Positions 9,700 through 21,645 of a stretch of DNA of 64,000 bases are shown piece after piece. The position numbers were made by a program, and so were the translations under genes. Under the pieces are notes generated by a model. That model worked only from the letters and a program-made list of their open reading frames with translations, did not search any database and was not told the origin of the DNA. Each line of letters begins with the position of its first letter. Positions within the stretch are counted from its first letter, which is position 1. The stretch is from NCBI GenBank assembly GCA_959608625.1, contig CAUHQV010000002.1:18746-82745 (forward strand), written 5' to 3'. The stretch is from an uncultured Flavobacteriales bacterium (GTDB taxonomy: Bacteria; Bacteroidota; Bacteroidia; Flavobacteriales; UBA1820).

Positions 9700-11232
9700 T
9701 CAGATATCCAGTTTGTACAGACGTTTTACCCGGTCGGAGATGTTGGTCAGCACTTCGTAAGGGATCGTTCCCGTGGCTTCGGCGATTTCGCCGGCCGTAG
9801 GAAAATCGCTGCCGATCAGCACCACGTCGTCGCCTTCGCGGCAAGGGATGCCTGTTACGTCCACCATCATCATGTCCATACAAATGGAACCTACGATAGG
9901 GGCTTTCATTCCGGCGATCTGCACGTATCCGTTGCCGTTGCCCCACAGGCGGCTGATTCCGTCGGCATACCCGATAGGCAGAGTGGCGATATGGGAAATG
10001 TGCGGCACCCGGTAGCGGCGGTTGTAGCTCACCGTTTCCCCGGGTTCGAGCTCCCGGATCTGGGAGATGACCGTGCGCAAGCGCGCGCACCCGGCCAGTT
10101 TTTTCTGTTCGGTATAGAACGGGGAATAGCCGTACAGCCCCAGCCCCAGGCGTACCATATCGTATTGATATTGCCCGTAGGCGGCCAGTCCGGCTGTGTT
10201 GAGGATATGGCGGAGCGGGCGGTAACCCAGGCGCTCGATAAGTTCTGTGGACATCTTGTCGAAAAGGCCGATCTGCCTCAGGGTGAACAGTTCCTCCCGG
10301 GGGTCTTCGGCGGCTACCAGGTGGGAGAATATGGATGCCACACGTACCGTGGGTATTTGTGCCAGCGTGTCGGCCAGGCCGCTTATCTGGCTGGATGAAA
10401 AGCCCAGGCGGTGCATGCCGGTGTCCAACTTTATATGGATGGGATAAGGCTCGGGAAAAGAATAGTTTTGGAGCTCGGCTGCGAATTGTTCCAGCACCCG
10501 CAGGGAGTATATCTCAGGTTCCAACCGGTTTTTTATCAGGGTGGCGATGCTGCTGCGTTCGGGATTCATCACGATGATGGGTGTCTTTATGCCCCGCAGG
10601 CGCAGGTTGACGCCCTCGTCCACATAGGCTACGCCCATATAATCCACTCCTTTCTGTTCGAGTACCGAGGCTATTTCGATGTCGCCCAGCCCGTAAGATT
10701 TGGCCTTTACCATGCACATGGTGCGCACCCCTTCGTTCATTTTCGAGCGGAGGTAGGCCAGGTTGTGTTCGATGGCGTTGAGGTTGACCTCCAGTACCGT
10801 ATCGTGTACGCGGCGCTGCATGATGGCCTCGATCCGGTGGGGGGAGAACCCGGCGGGCGCTTTGATCAGGACGGATTCGCTGTGAAAATCGAATTTCGGG
10901 ATATCGGCCTGCGCGTCTTCCATCCGGTTGTAAAGCAGGGCCAATTTCGGAAATGCGTAGCGGTAGGACGTTACTTCCGCGCCGAAACAGATGACGTGCT
11001 TGAATTCGATGCGGCGCAGCATCAGACCCACCCGGCGAAAATAATCGCCCGGCTGGTATCCTTCCGGTATCTCGAAACCCAGGATGACGGAGATGTCCGC
11101 GTTCCATCTCTGGGCCTTGAGGAACTCCAGCGACTGTTCATAGGAATCCGGATCGGTGCCGCTAAAATCGCATATCAGGAAACAGTCGTTCTTTCCGCGG
11201 GTTATTTCGAGGGAATTTTTTGTGTCGGGCAT
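9700..11232 (-). CDS. alr: Alanine racemase with an N-terminal Mur-ligase-C-like remnant domain
   Basis: It has the PLP-lysine motif VKAKSYGLG and an alanine racemase C-terminal domain (SYNRRY..TLPIGYADG). About 135 aa of extra N-terminus resembles the DDSYNANP region of MurF (LICDFSGTDPDSYEQSLEFL). Confidence 0.85.
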   Translation of the reverse strand: MPDTKNSLEITRGKNDCFLICDFSGTDPDSYEQSLEFLKAQRWNADISVILGFEIPEGYQPGDYFRRVGLMLRRIEFKHVICFGAEVTSYRYAFPKLALLYNRMEDAQADIPKFDFHSESVLIKAPAGFSPHRIEAIMQRRVHDTVLEVNLNAIEHNLAYLRSKMNEGVRTMCMVKAKSYGLGDIEIASVLEQKGVDYMGVAYVDEGVNLRLRGIKTPIIVMNPERSSIATLIKNRLEPEIYSLRVLEQFAAELQNYSFPEPYPIHIKLDTGMHRLGFSSSQISGLADTLAQIPTVRVASIFSHLVAAEDPREELFTLRQIGLFDKMSTELIERLGYRPLRHILNTAGLAAYGQYQYDMVRLGLGLYGYSPFYTEQKKLAGCARLRTVISQIRELEPGETVSYNRRYRVPHISHIATLPIGYADGISRLWGNGNGYVQIAGMKAPIVGSICMDMMMVDVTGIPCREGDDVVLIGSDFPTAGEIAEATGTIPYEVLTNISDRVKRLYKLDI

Positions 11233-11426
11233 AGTGTTTGGCGGGAATCCCGCCGGTTGTTACGGAAATACAAAATTACTAAATAGCTGGGAGTGTTGCG
11301 CTATTATTTTTTTTGTAACTCTTAGCGTTAAAGATTATCTGTTTTTGTTTTCAAGTCGGCGGAAAAATCGTAAATTTACCACGCTTTCATAAAAACATTA
11401 ACCTTATCTTTTAAAAGAATACAATT

Positions 11427-12383
11427 ATGGCTGTAATAGGCTTAGACCTCGGCGGAACGAAACTCAAAGGAGGTATTTTCACAGAACATGCGGAGATCGT
11501 TTTCAAGGACGAGCGCAAGCTCGAACACCGCGAAGGCGAAGAAGTAGGCCGGCTCATCCAGGATTTCGTGTCGGATATGCTGCGCCAGGCCAAAGGTCTC
11601 GGACAAGTGATAGACGCTGTCGGGATCTGCGTCCCGGGGATCGCCTATCAGGACAAGGGCACTGTCTGGTGTCCCAACATTCCGGGGTGGGACGAATACC
11701 CTCTGAAAGCCAAGATACAGCAGGTATGCGATAAGAATACGGTGGTCACCGTGGATTCGGACAGGGTGTGCTGCATCCTGGGCGAAGCGTGGTCGGGCGC
11801 TGCGGAAAATGTAAATAATGCCATATTCCTGGCGGTGGGCACCGGCATAGCTGCCGGCATACTGGCCAACGGCCGCGTGCTCCGCGGCGCGCACGATATA
11901 TCGGGCGCTATCGGTTGGTGGGCGCTGGACAAGGAATACAAGGACAAATACAAGACTTGCGGCTGTTTCGAATACCACTGTTCCGGGGAAGGCCTGGCGC
12001 GGGTGGCACGGGAGCTGCTGGAAGAGAACAAGGATTACAACGGGCCGTTGCGCAGCAAGCCTATCGACCAAGTGACGTCCTACGATCTTTTCGAGGTGTA
12101 CCCTCAGGGCGATGAAATTGCGACCAAGACTTTCGATATTGCGATCGAAATGTGGGGCATGGCCGTAGCCAACCTGGTGAGCCTTTTCGACCCGTCCAAG
12201 ATCATATTCGGCGGCGGGGTGTTCGGCCCGGCGCTCCAGTTCCTCGACCGGATCAAACAGGCGGCCGTGAGGCACGCCCAGCCCATTGCGATACAGAAAG
12301 TGGAGATCGTGCCTTCGATGCTCGGGGGCGATGCGGTGCTGATGGGAGCGGGCTATCTGGCCCTGCGCAGTATGAATGAATAA
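11427..12383 (+). CDS. ROK-family sugar kinase
   Basis: The N-terminus GLDLGGTK and the Cys cluster CGCFEYHCSGEG are ROK-like. The product is 318 aa. Confidence 0.85.
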   Translation: MAVIGLDLGGTKLKGGIFTEHAEIVFKDERKLEHREGEEVGRLIQDFVSDMLRQAKGLGQVIDAVGICVPGIAYQDKGTVWCPNIPGWDEYPLKAKIQQVCDKNTVVTVDSDRVCCILGEAWSGAAENVNNAIFLAVGTGIAAGILANGRVLRGAHDISGAIGWWALDKEYKDKYKTCGCFEYHCSGEGLARVARELLEENKDYNGPLRSKPIDQVTSYDLFEVYPQGDEIATKTFDIAIEMWGMAVANLVSLFDPSKIIFGGGVFGPALQFLDRIKQAAVRHAQPIAIQKVEIVPSMLGGDAVLMGAGYLALRSMNE

Positions 12384-12404
12384 CCATCTGAAAAACATAC
12401 ACTC

Positions 12405-13550
12405 ATGACGTACAAAACAAACCAGGTATTCGTAGCAGCCTGTGCCGGCCTCGCCTTTTTCGGGGTGGCTATGCTATCGCTCGGCCCCATTCTGGGGCAG
12501 CTCAACGCGCAGGTGGACGGGGCGAACGCCCTGCCGGCCACGATGTCTATCGGTATCATATTGGGTACCATCCTGTTCGGCCCGGTCGTCGACCGGTTCG
12601 GATACAAATACCTGTTGATCATAGGTTCCCTGCTGGCTCTGATCGGGCTGGAAGGGCTGGCCAATGCGACGGAGATCGAACTGTTGCACGGGTCGATGTT
12701 CATGATAGGCTTCGGCGGCGGCATTCTCAACGGTCTGACCAATGCGCTGGTCTCCGATATTTACGGGGATGACAAACGGGGAGGACGGCTGAGTATCCTC
12801 GGAGCGTTCTATTGCGTAGGGGCACTTTTATGGACACTGCTCAATTATTACATGCCGGACAATTATATCGTTCCGTTGCATTGCATTTCGGGGATCATGG
12901 CGGTGTTTATCGTCTATTTCTGCCTGATACAGTTCCCCAAGGCCAAGCCCCAGGGCAGCGTGTCTTTTTCGAAATCGATAGGTCTGCTCAAATACCCGGC
13001 CCTGATCCTGTTCGCCTTGATCCTGTTCTTCCAGAGCGGTTTCGAGGGCGCCAGCGGAAGTTTCACGCCGAAGTTCCTCGAAGACAGTGCGGCAATGGAA
13101 GCTACGGCCGCCACGCTTTCCCTTACCTGGTTTACAGTCGGAATGCTCTGCGGGCGATTGCCGCTGGGGATGATCATGAAAAAGCTCAAGGATAACGGGA
13201 CGTTGTACCTTTACCTATCCGTAGCGCTGGTCGGCGTAGTTATTTTGTATCTTAGCGCCGACGTGACGATGGCGCACCTGGCGATGGCCCTGATCGGGTT
13301 CGGAGTGGGGGCGACCTATCCGGTCGTACTGGCTTATTTGGGCGGCGCGTTCCGGGAAATGTCCGGTACGGCGTTTTCCATTGCGATATTCATTGCCTTG
13401 TGCGGCCAGTTCGCATTCAATAAAGTAGTGGGCGTGATGTTCGACGATGGCGGCCATGCGTATTTCCCGCTGGTACTGGCCCTGGCCGTAGTGATGATGA
13501 TGGTGTTGTTGCCGGTGGCGGCCAGCATGGTAAGAAAAAGTAAGAGATAA
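12405..13550 (+). CDS. MFS transporter
   Basis: The 381-aa product has about 12 hydrophobic helices and the MFS-like loop GPVVDRFGYK after TM2. Confidence 0.85.
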   Translation: MTYKTNQVFVAACAGLAFFGVAMLSLGPILGQLNAQVDGANALPATMSIGIILGTILFGPVVDRFGYKYLLIIGSLLALIGLEGLANATEIELLHGSMFMIGFGGGILNGLTNALVSDIYGDDKRGGRLSILGAFYCVGALLWTLLNYYMPDNYIVPLHCISGIMAVFIVYFCLIQFPKAKPQGSVSFSKSIGLLKYPALILFALILFFQSGFEGASGSFTPKFLEDSAAMEATAATLSLTWFTVGMLCGRLPLGMIMKKLKDNGTLYLYLSVALVGVVILYLSADVTMAHLAMALIGFGVGATYPVVLAYLGGAFREMSGTAFSIAIFIALCGQFAFNKVVGVMFDDGGHAYFPLVLALAVVMMMVLLPVAASMVRKSKR

Positions 13551-13593
13551 AAAATCAGAATACATTAACCAATTAAAAAAACATTTTAAAATC

Positions 13594-14358
13594 ATGGAAG
13601 TAGCATTACAGTGGCTGAAAAATGCCCGGGGCATTATGTCCGAGATCGAGAACACCCAACAGGAAAGTATCACCAAGGCCGCTACGGTCATGGCCGATTG
13701 CATCGAGAAAGGCCATTGGGTTCATACGTTCGGCTGCGGACACGCCACTATTCCTATTCAGGAGATGTATCCCCGTATCGGAGGTTTCGTAGGGTTCCAC
13801 CCGATCTGCGAACTCCCGCTGACGTTCTTCACGCAGATCGTAGGTGACCTGGGCGTACACCAGTTCGTGTTCCTCGAACGCGTAGAAGGCTACGGAGTAG
13901 AGATCATGAAAGGTTATAATTTCGACAAGAACGACGTCATGTGGATCTTCTCCCACACGGGTATCAACAACGTGAACATCGACATCGCCCTGGAAGCTAA
14001 AAAGCGCGGTATGACGGTGATCGCTTACGGCGCCGTAGCTCAGGCCAAAGGCAAGAAAACCCGCCACTCTTCGGGCAAGACCATTTTCGAGATTGCCGAT
14101 ATGGTAGTGGATTCCTGCGCTCCTGCCGGAGATGCCACGGTGAAACTGAAAAACAACTCCGACCCTGTGGGCCCTGTATCCACTATCGCATTCATCACTT
14201 GCGTATGGATGACGGTCTGCACGGTAGCCGAGATTCTGGACAAGCGCGGGGTGAAACTCTACATCCACCCGTCCCACAACGTACCTGGCGATACGACCGC
14301 TCCCGAGCGTCTGGCAGCTTGCCTGGCAGAATACAAACGCCGCGTAGCAGGGGTTTAA
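13594..14358 (+). CDS. SIS (sugar isomerase) domain protein, UPF0309-like
   Basis: The 254-aa product contains HTFGCGHA and IFSHTGINN blocks consistent with a SIS phosphosugar-binding fold. Confidence 0.7.
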   Translation: MEVALQWLKNARGIMSEIENTQQESITKAATVMADCIEKGHWVHTFGCGHATIPIQEMYPRIGGFVGFHPICELPLTFFTQIVGDLGVHQFVFLERVEGYGVEIMKGYNFDKNDVMWIFSHTGINNVNIDIALEAKKRGMTVIAYGAVAQAKGKKTRHSSGKTIFEIADMVVDSCAPAGDATVKLKNNSDPVGPVSTIAFITCVWMTVCTVAEILDKRGVKLYIHPSHNVPGDTTAPERLAACLAEYKRRVAGV

Positions 14359-14394
14359 TCCCATTCGTTTTCGGGTTTGACCCGGAAAACAGCA

Positions 14395-14428
14395 CCGCAG
14401 GAAGCCATACGGCTTCCTGCGGTTTTTT
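14395..14428 (+). terminator. Rho-independent terminator ending the ROK-MFS-SIS unit
   Basis: The perfect 12-bp stem CCGCAGGAAGCC / GGCTTCCTGCGG has loop ATAC and is followed by TTTTTT. Confidence 0.75.
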
Positions 14429-14493
14429 ATGAAAGAACCCCGCCGCGCGGTAAATTAATTCGCAAAATAGGCCTTATTGTGGAGTTTTTATTC

Positions 14494-14501
14494 TAAATTT
14501 G
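14494..14501 (+). promoter_or_regulatory. Bacteroidetes-type -7 box TAAATTTG
   Basis: It matches the TAnnTTTG consensus about 40 nt upstream of the ABC ATPase start. Confidence 0.4.
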
Positions 14502-14541
14502 TGCTTTACAGCATAAAAGCAACGGAATATCAGGTTTATAG

Positions 14542-15252
14542 ATGGAAGAAGTAATCACTCTGCGCGATATCACGCGCGATTTTGCCCTCGGTACGGAAAC
14601 GGTAAAAGTACTCAAAGGGATAAGCCTCGACATAAAACGGGGCGAGTATGTAGCCCTGATGGGTCCTTCGGGCAGTGGAAAGTCAACGCTGATGAACCTT
14701 TTAGGATGCCTCGATACCCCTACCTCCGGTACTTATACGCTCAACGGGCACGATGTGAGTTCTCTGGAGGATAATGAGCTGGCCGAGATACGGAATAAGG
14801 AGATCGGCTTCGTTTTCCAGACTTTTAACCTGTTGCCCCGCATCACGGCGCTCCAGAATGTGGCGTTGCCGATGATCTATGCCGGCATAGGGCAGTCGGA
14901 AAGGATGCGGCTGGCCGAAGAGGCGCTGGTGTCCGTCGGGTTGGCCGACCGGATGACGCACCGCCCGAACCAGCTTTCCGGGGGTCAGCGGCAGAGGGTC
15001 GCCATCGCCCGCGCCCTGGTAAATCACCCGTCCATTATGCTGGCCGACGAGCCTACGGGTAACCTGGACTCCAAGACTTCGGTCGAGATCATGCAGCTTT
15101 TCCAAAAGATCCACGAACAGGGTAATACCATTATCGTAGTGACCCACGAAGAGGATATCGCCGATCATGCACACCGTATTATCCGCCTTCTCGACGGGCA
15201 GGTATGCGCCGATGAGCCCAACCATCATATCAAGCATTACGACAATATCTGA
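14542..15252 (+). CDS. ABC transporter ATP-binding protein (MacB/LolD-like)
   Basis: It has Walker [10 protein letters not shown], the signature [15 protein letters not shown] and Walker [13 protein letters not shown]. Confidence 0.9.
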   Translation: MEEVITLRDITRDFALGTETVKVLKGISLDIKRGEYVALMGPSGSGKSTLMNLLGCLDTPTSGTYTLNGHDVSSLEDNELAEIRNKEIGFVFQTFNLLPRITALQNVALPMIYAGIGQSERMRLAEEALVSVGLADRMTHRPNQLSGGQRQRVAIARALVNHPSIMLADEPTGNLDSKTSVEIMQLFQKIHEQGNTIIVVTHEEDIADHAHRIIRLLDGQVCADEPNHHIKHYDNI

Positions 15253-15285
15253 TCCGGGAAAAATATCCCGGAGATATATTAAAAT

Positions 15286-15320
15286 AAAAAGGCGCGGACA
15301 TTGTTGTCCGCGCCTTTTTT
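15286..15320. terminator. Bidirectional terminator between the ABC ATPase and the bfr-like gene
   Basis: The stem is GGCGCGGACA / TGTCCGCGCC, with AAAAA on the left and TTTTTT on the right. Confidence 0.75.
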
Positions 15321-15338
15321 ATGAGGTAACGATCGCCG

Positions 15339-15848
15339 TTAGTCGACGTTCGGTTCGTTGCCGGCAGCTTCGCTCTTGCTCCGCTCGAGAGACTGGAGCG
15401 CCAGGTAGTTGGCCCCGAACTTGCTGAGGTTGTCCTTTTCCGTGTCGAAAATATCCTCGTGCTTTTCTTCTTCGGCCGCCAGGTTCTCGAACATTTTCTT
15501 GGTCACCGAATCCGCGTTTTCGGCACAGATCTTAGCCCATTCGTTGTATTCATTCACGCTGGTGTTCTCCATTTCCACGGCTTTTTCGAGCATCTTTTCC
15601 ACTTCGTGGATCTTAGCCACCGGATGGGAGAGCTTCATTTCCACTTCGCCTTTGAGGAAACGGATGCGTTCGGCCAGGCGTTCCACATGGGTCATCTCGA
15701 TGATGGCTATGCGGCGGAAGATATTCGATATCGGATCGTAACCGTAGTCGTCGCAATAGAAGTGGAAATACATGTACTGGTGTACGGCCGAAAGCTCCTC
15801 GGCGATGGCGCGGTTGAGCAGTTCGATGCTTTTTTCTTTTGTTTTCAT
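15339..15848 (-). CDS. Bacterioferritin-like / ferritin-like di-iron protein
   Basis: The helical-bundle ligand pattern EELSAVHQY ... IIEMTHVERLAERI resembles Bfr. The product is 169 aa. Confidence 0.75.
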   Translation of the reverse strand: MKTKEKSIELLNRAIAEELSAVHQYMYFHFYCDDYGYDPISNIFRRIAIIEMTHVERLAERIRFLKGEVEMKLSHPVAKIHEVEKMLEKAVEMENTSVNEYNEWAKICAENADSVTKKMFENLAAEEEKHEDIFDTEKDNLSKFGANYLALQSLERSKSEAAGNEPNVD

Positions 15849-16051
15849 GATGATGAATATTTTGGGTTATTTAAGTTATCCTTACAGGTCAACTAAGTTA
15901 AGGCTTTTTTCCGAACGGGAGGGCGCCGTTAAGTTAAAAAAAATATAAACACCCGTCGGAGGATTTTTGCCGCCGTTTTTTTATCGAAATAGTGTCGTAT
16001 CTTTACCACAGTTTTTACAGGAAAGAATTAAGAACAATATTCTGAGGAGAA

Positions 16052-17365
16052 ATGAATATAGCGATAGTGGGTACCGGATACGTCGGGCTGGTGACAGGGG
16101 CTTGTTTTGCCGAACTGGGGATCGACGTGACATGCGTAGATATTGACAGCGAAAAGATAGGGAAAATAAAAAGCGGGGTGATGCCCATTTACGAACCGGG
16201 CCTCGAGGAACTGGTGCGTAAGAATATGGAAATGGAACGCCTCCATTTCACCACCGACCTCACGTCGGTACTGGATAAAGTGTCCGTCATTTTCAGCGCC
16301 GTAGGCACTCCTCCGGACGAGGACGGCAGCGCGGATCTGAAATATGTATTGGAAGTGGCGCGCACGGTGGGGCGGAACATGAAGAAGCCCGTTCTGCTGG
16401 TGACCAAGAGCACGGTCCCCGTGGGGACGTCCGAGAAAGTAAAGCAGGCGATCCGGGAGGAATTGGCCGTCCGCGGGGTAGATATCCCGTTCGATGTGGC
16501 GTCCAACCCGGAATTCCTCAAGGAAGGAGCCGCGATCAAGGATTTCATGAACCCGGACCGGGTAGTGGTGGGTGTGGAAAATGAAAATGCCCGCCGGCTG
16601 ATGGAAAAACTGTACAAGCCGTTCCTGCTGAACAACCGTACCATTCTGTTCATGGACGTGGCCTCGGCGGAGATGACCAAATACGCAGCCAACGCGATGC
16701 TGGCCACCCGTATCAGTTTTATGAACGATGTGGCCAGCCTGTGCGAACGCACAGGAGCCAATGTCGATATGGTGCGCAAAGGTATCGGTTCGGACGGCCG
16801 GATCGGCAGCCGCTTCCTGTATGCGGGGTGCGGTTACGGGGGGTCGTGCTTTCCGAAAGACGTGAAGGCACTGATCCATACCGGGCGCCAGTACGGTTAC
16901 GACATGAAAGTGATAGAGGCGGTCGAAGAAGTGAACGAGCGGCAGAAGAGCCTGATGTTCGATAAAGTATCCAAGGAGTTCGGCGGCGATCTGGCCGGGA
17001 AGACGGTAGCCATCTGGGGGCTTTCGTTCAAGCCGGAGACCGACGATATGCGCGAAGCGCCGTCGCTGGTGGTGATCGAAAAATTGCTGGGGGCCGGAGC
17101 AAAAGTAAGAGTATACGATCCGATCGCTATGCCGGAGGCCGAACGCCGCCTGGATGGCCGGGTGGAATACGGAAGCGATATGTACGAAGCGGCGGAAGGC
17201 GCGGATGCGCTGATCGTACTCACCGAATGGAAACAATTCCGCATCCCGGACTGGAAAAAACTCCGGGGCCTGATGAAAGGGAACGTGGTGGCCGACGGGC
17301 GCAACATTTACGATTTTGCGGAGCTGACCGATGAGGGCTTCGTACACCTGCGGATAGGAAAATAA
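16052..17365 (+). CDS. ugd: UDP-glucose 6-dehydrogenase
   Basis: It has the Rossmann motif IVGTGYVGL and the catalytic Cys motif GGSCFPKD. The product is 437 aa. Confidence 0.92.
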   Translation: MNIAIVGTGYVGLVTGACFAELGIDVTCVDIDSEKIGKIKSGVMPIYEPGLEELVRKNMEMERLHFTTDLTSVLDKVSVIFSAVGTPPDEDGSADLKYVLEVARTVGRNMKKPVLLVTKSTVPVGTSEKVKQAIREELAVRGVDIPFDVASNPEFLKEGAAIKDFMNPDRVVVGVENENARRLMEKLYKPFLLNNRTILFMDVASAEMTKYAANAMLATRISFMNDVASLCERTGANVDMVRKGIGSDGRIGSRFLYAGCGYGGSCFPKDVKALIHTGRQYGYDMKVIEAVEEVNERQKSLMFDKVSKEFGGDLAGKTVAIWGLSFKPETDDMREAPSLVVIEKLLGAGAKVRVYDPIAMPEAERRLDGRVEYGSDMYEAAEGADALIVLTEWKQFRIPDWKKLRGLMKGNVVADGRNIYDFAELTDEGFVHLRIGK

Positions 17366-17384
17366 ACCTCAAAAACAGATAGAT

Positions 17385-18068
17385 ATGAAAACATGGAGAT
17401 TATGGGCGTTGGTTGCATTGGCGTTTTCGTGTACGGCGCTTTCGGCTCAGGAAAAAATATACCGTCCTACGGGTTTTTCCGGGGTGGACGTTTCGACCAA
17501 GATAAAAGCCCGGCTTATCGCTTCGGGCGAGAACAAAGTGGTCGTTACAGGGGATAAGATCGACAATATCGTAGTCAAGGAAGATAAGGGGCGCCTGGTC
17601 ATCCGTTTCAAATCGACTAAAGGTATCGGGGCCGATCCGGTTCCGGTAGCTGTATATTATAAATCGCCACTGACCTATATCGGTGCTTCGGGCGATAGCG
17701 AGATCGAGGCGGAAAGCGTACTCAAAGGCGGCAATATCCGCATCGATGCCGGAAAGGGCGCTTTCGTCAAAGCATCGGTAACGGCCGATACGTTGCGCGC
17801 GTCCATTGCGGCCGGCGGTCAGATACAGGCCCAGGGCGATGTGAAGGCATTGGACGTAAGCATTAAGACCGGGGGCCAGTTCAACGGGTATGAACTCGTA
17901 GCGGACGATGCCGAGGTCAACATCACGGCCGGCGGCACGGCATATGTTTATGCCACCAAGAATACGAAAGCCCGGGTCGGGATGGGCGGAAAAGTTTACT
18001 GCAAAGGCCCTGCCAAAGTGGACGGCCGCACGACGATGGGCGGAACGGTTGTCATGGCCGAAGATTGA
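17385..18068 (+). CDS. Secreted GIN-domain (DUF2807-like) beta-helix protein
   Basis: It has a signal peptide and repeated G-x-G rungs (ASGENKV, GASGDSEI, AAGGQIQ, KTGGQFN, TAGGTAY, GMGGKVY). Confidence 0.6.
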   Translation: MKTWRLWALVALAFSCTALSAQEKIYRPTGFSGVDVSTKIKARLIASGENKVVVTGDKIDNIVVKEDKGRLVIRFKSTKGIGADPVPVAVYYKSPLTYIGASGDSEIEAESVLKGGNIRIDAGKGAFVKASVTADTLRASIAAGGQIQAQGDVKALDVSIKTGGQFNGYELVADDAEVNITAGGTAYVYATKNTKARVGMGGKVYCKGPAKVDGRTTMGGTVVMAED

Positions 18069-18105
18069 GCTTTTTACAAGGTTTGGTAACTATATCAACA
18101 ATATA

Positions 18106-18149
18106 CCCCGCAAAAAACGGAGGCCCTTGGGCCTCCGTATTTTGCGGGG
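18106..18149. terminator. Long GC-rich hairpin between convergent genes
   Basis: The hairpin is CCCCGCAAAAAACGGAGGCC / GGCCTCCGTATTTTGCGGGG, with a roughly 20-bp stem and one A:A mismatch. There is no strong U-tract, so terminator function is inferred only from position. Confidence 0.5.
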
Positions 18150-18160
18150 TGTGAGCGGGA

Positions 18161-19408
18161 TTATTCCGCCTGCGGCGTTGGTTTGTCTTCGGCTGAAGCC
18201 CCTCCCGTAGAATCTTCGGGGTCTTTGGGAGTACGGCGGGTGCCGGCGTACAGTTCGTATTTTACGAATCGGGCTTCCAGGTTGGCGTTCATCAGTGGGA
18301 TAGACCGGCTGGTACGAAGGCCTACGGATTTCAGCCCTTCTTTCGACCCGGTGATCATCCAGGCGACCGTATCGGGGTACGAAGTTTTTAATGTATCGCC
18401 GACTTTCTTGTAAAATACGGTCTCGTCTATTTCGAGCCGTTCCCCGTAGGGCGGGTTGAATATCAGCGTCCAACGGCCCTTTTCGGGCCTTTTCGAATGG
18501 AAAAAGTCCTGCCGGGATACTTTGATGAACTCATCCAGTCCGGCGTTGGTAACGTTTTCGATGGCCTTTGCCACGGCGGAGGGCGCCTTGTCCCGGCCGA
18601 TGATCTCGATGCCGGGTTCCCGCATCTTTTTGAGGGATATTTCTTTTATTTTCTCGAACAGTTCCGCATCGAAATCTTTCCACGATTGGAATCCGAAGCG
18701 TTCTTTGTGGATACAGGGTGGAATATTGGCAGCGACCATCGCGGCTTCTATCAGGATCGTACCCGAACCGCACATCGGATCCATGAAATCCGTCAGGCCG
18801 CGCCAGCCGGAGAGCAGCACCAGCCCGGCGGCCAGCACTTCGTTGATGGGGGCGATATTGGTAACCGAACGGTACCCGCGTTTGTGCAGGCCGAGCGAAC
18901 TGTCCAGCGATACCGTGAGGGTGCGGTCCGACAGGTGGACGTTCACTTTCAGGGAGGGGTTGTCCCGGTTTACATCCGGGCGGGCGTTCATTTTGTCGCG
19001 GATACGGTCGACGATGGCGTCCTTTGCCTTTAATGTGACGTAATGGCTGTTGGTGAACAATTCGGAGTTTACCGTCGCGTCTATCGCGATGGAATCGCGC
19101 GCGCTGATGTAGCGTTCCCAGGGGATGTTGTATATCGATTTGTAGAATTGGGTCTCGTTGAACACTTTTTCGGTCTTCAGCGGGACGAGCACCGAAAGGG
19201 CGGTGCGCAGGCAAAGGTTGGCTTTGTACAGGAAGCCTTTGTCCCCGTAGAACGATACGGCCCGGCGCGCCGGTTCCACCCGCATCGCCCCCAGGTTGCG
19301 CAGTTCTTCCGCCAGGACTTCTTCGAGTCCGTAGAACGTTTTGGCGGTCATCAGAAAATTGCCTTCGGGTATGTTTTTCGCCATCTTGGTCGGTGTGTTT
19401 TGCGGCAA
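18161..19408 (-). CDS. THUMP-domain class I SAM-dependent RNA methyltransferase (RlmL/UPF0020-like)
   Basis: An N-terminal THUMP-like segment is followed by DPMCGSGTILIEA (SAM motif I) and the NPPYGERL catalytic motif. The start is uncertain (Met codons at 19408, 19384, 19351). Confidence 0.8.
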   Translation of the reverse strand: MPQNTPTKMAKNIPEGNFLMTAKTFYGLEEVLAEELRNLGAMRVEPARRAVSFYGDKGFLYKANLCLRTALSVLVPLKTEKVFNETQFYKSIYNIPWERYISARDSIAIDATVNSELFTNSHYVTLKAKDAIVDRIRDKMNARPDVNRDNPSLKVNVHLSDRTLTVSLDSSLGLHKRGYRSVTNIAPINEVLAAGLVLLSGWRGLTDFMDPMCGSGTILIEAAMVAANIPPCIHKERFGFQSWKDFDAELFEKIKEISLKKMREPGIEIIGRDKAPSAVAKAIENVTNAGLDEFIKVSRQDFFHSKRPEKGRWTLIFNPPYGERLEIDETVFYKKVGDTLKTSYPDTVAWMITGSKEGLKSVGLRTSRSIPLMNANLEARFVKYELYAGTRRTPKDPEDSTGGASAEDKPTPQAE

Positions 19409-19519
19409 AGGTACGCATTCTCCCGCGGGCTGTGCGAATTATTGCGAAAAAGGTGAGCCAGGCCTTTCTTTAGGGTGTTTTTAGGAGATGAAATAAGCGG
19501 TTTTTCGGGAAAAAATCCG

Positions 19520-19527
19520 TATCTTTG
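19520..19527 (+). promoter_or_regulatory. -7 box TATCTTTG upstream of gyrB
   Basis: It matches TAnnTTTG about 33 nt upstream of the gyrB ATG. Confidence 0.4.
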
Positions 19528-19538
19528 TGTGTTCTTAA

Positions 19539-21512
<1,974 letters not shown>

Positions 21513-21535
21513 AAGGGCCGTAACATGTTTTAAAA

Positions 21536-21565
21536 AGCCGGAATAATTTATTCCGGCTTTTTTTA
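21536..21565 (+). terminator. Rho-independent terminator after gyrB
   Basis: The stem is AGCCGGAAT / ATTCCGGCT, followed by a run of T. Confidence 0.7.
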
Positions 21566-21587
21566 TTGTGTCAAGAATGATTACCTT

Positions 21588-21595
21588 TACATTTG
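21588..21595 (+). promoter_or_regulatory. -7 box TACATTTG
   Basis: It matches TAnnTTTG about 50 nt upstream of the 21646 ORF. Confidence 0.4.
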
Positions 21596-21645
21596 ATTAA
21601 GAAATTTTATACGTTTCTTAACCTTACAGCCAAACTTACAGAATT

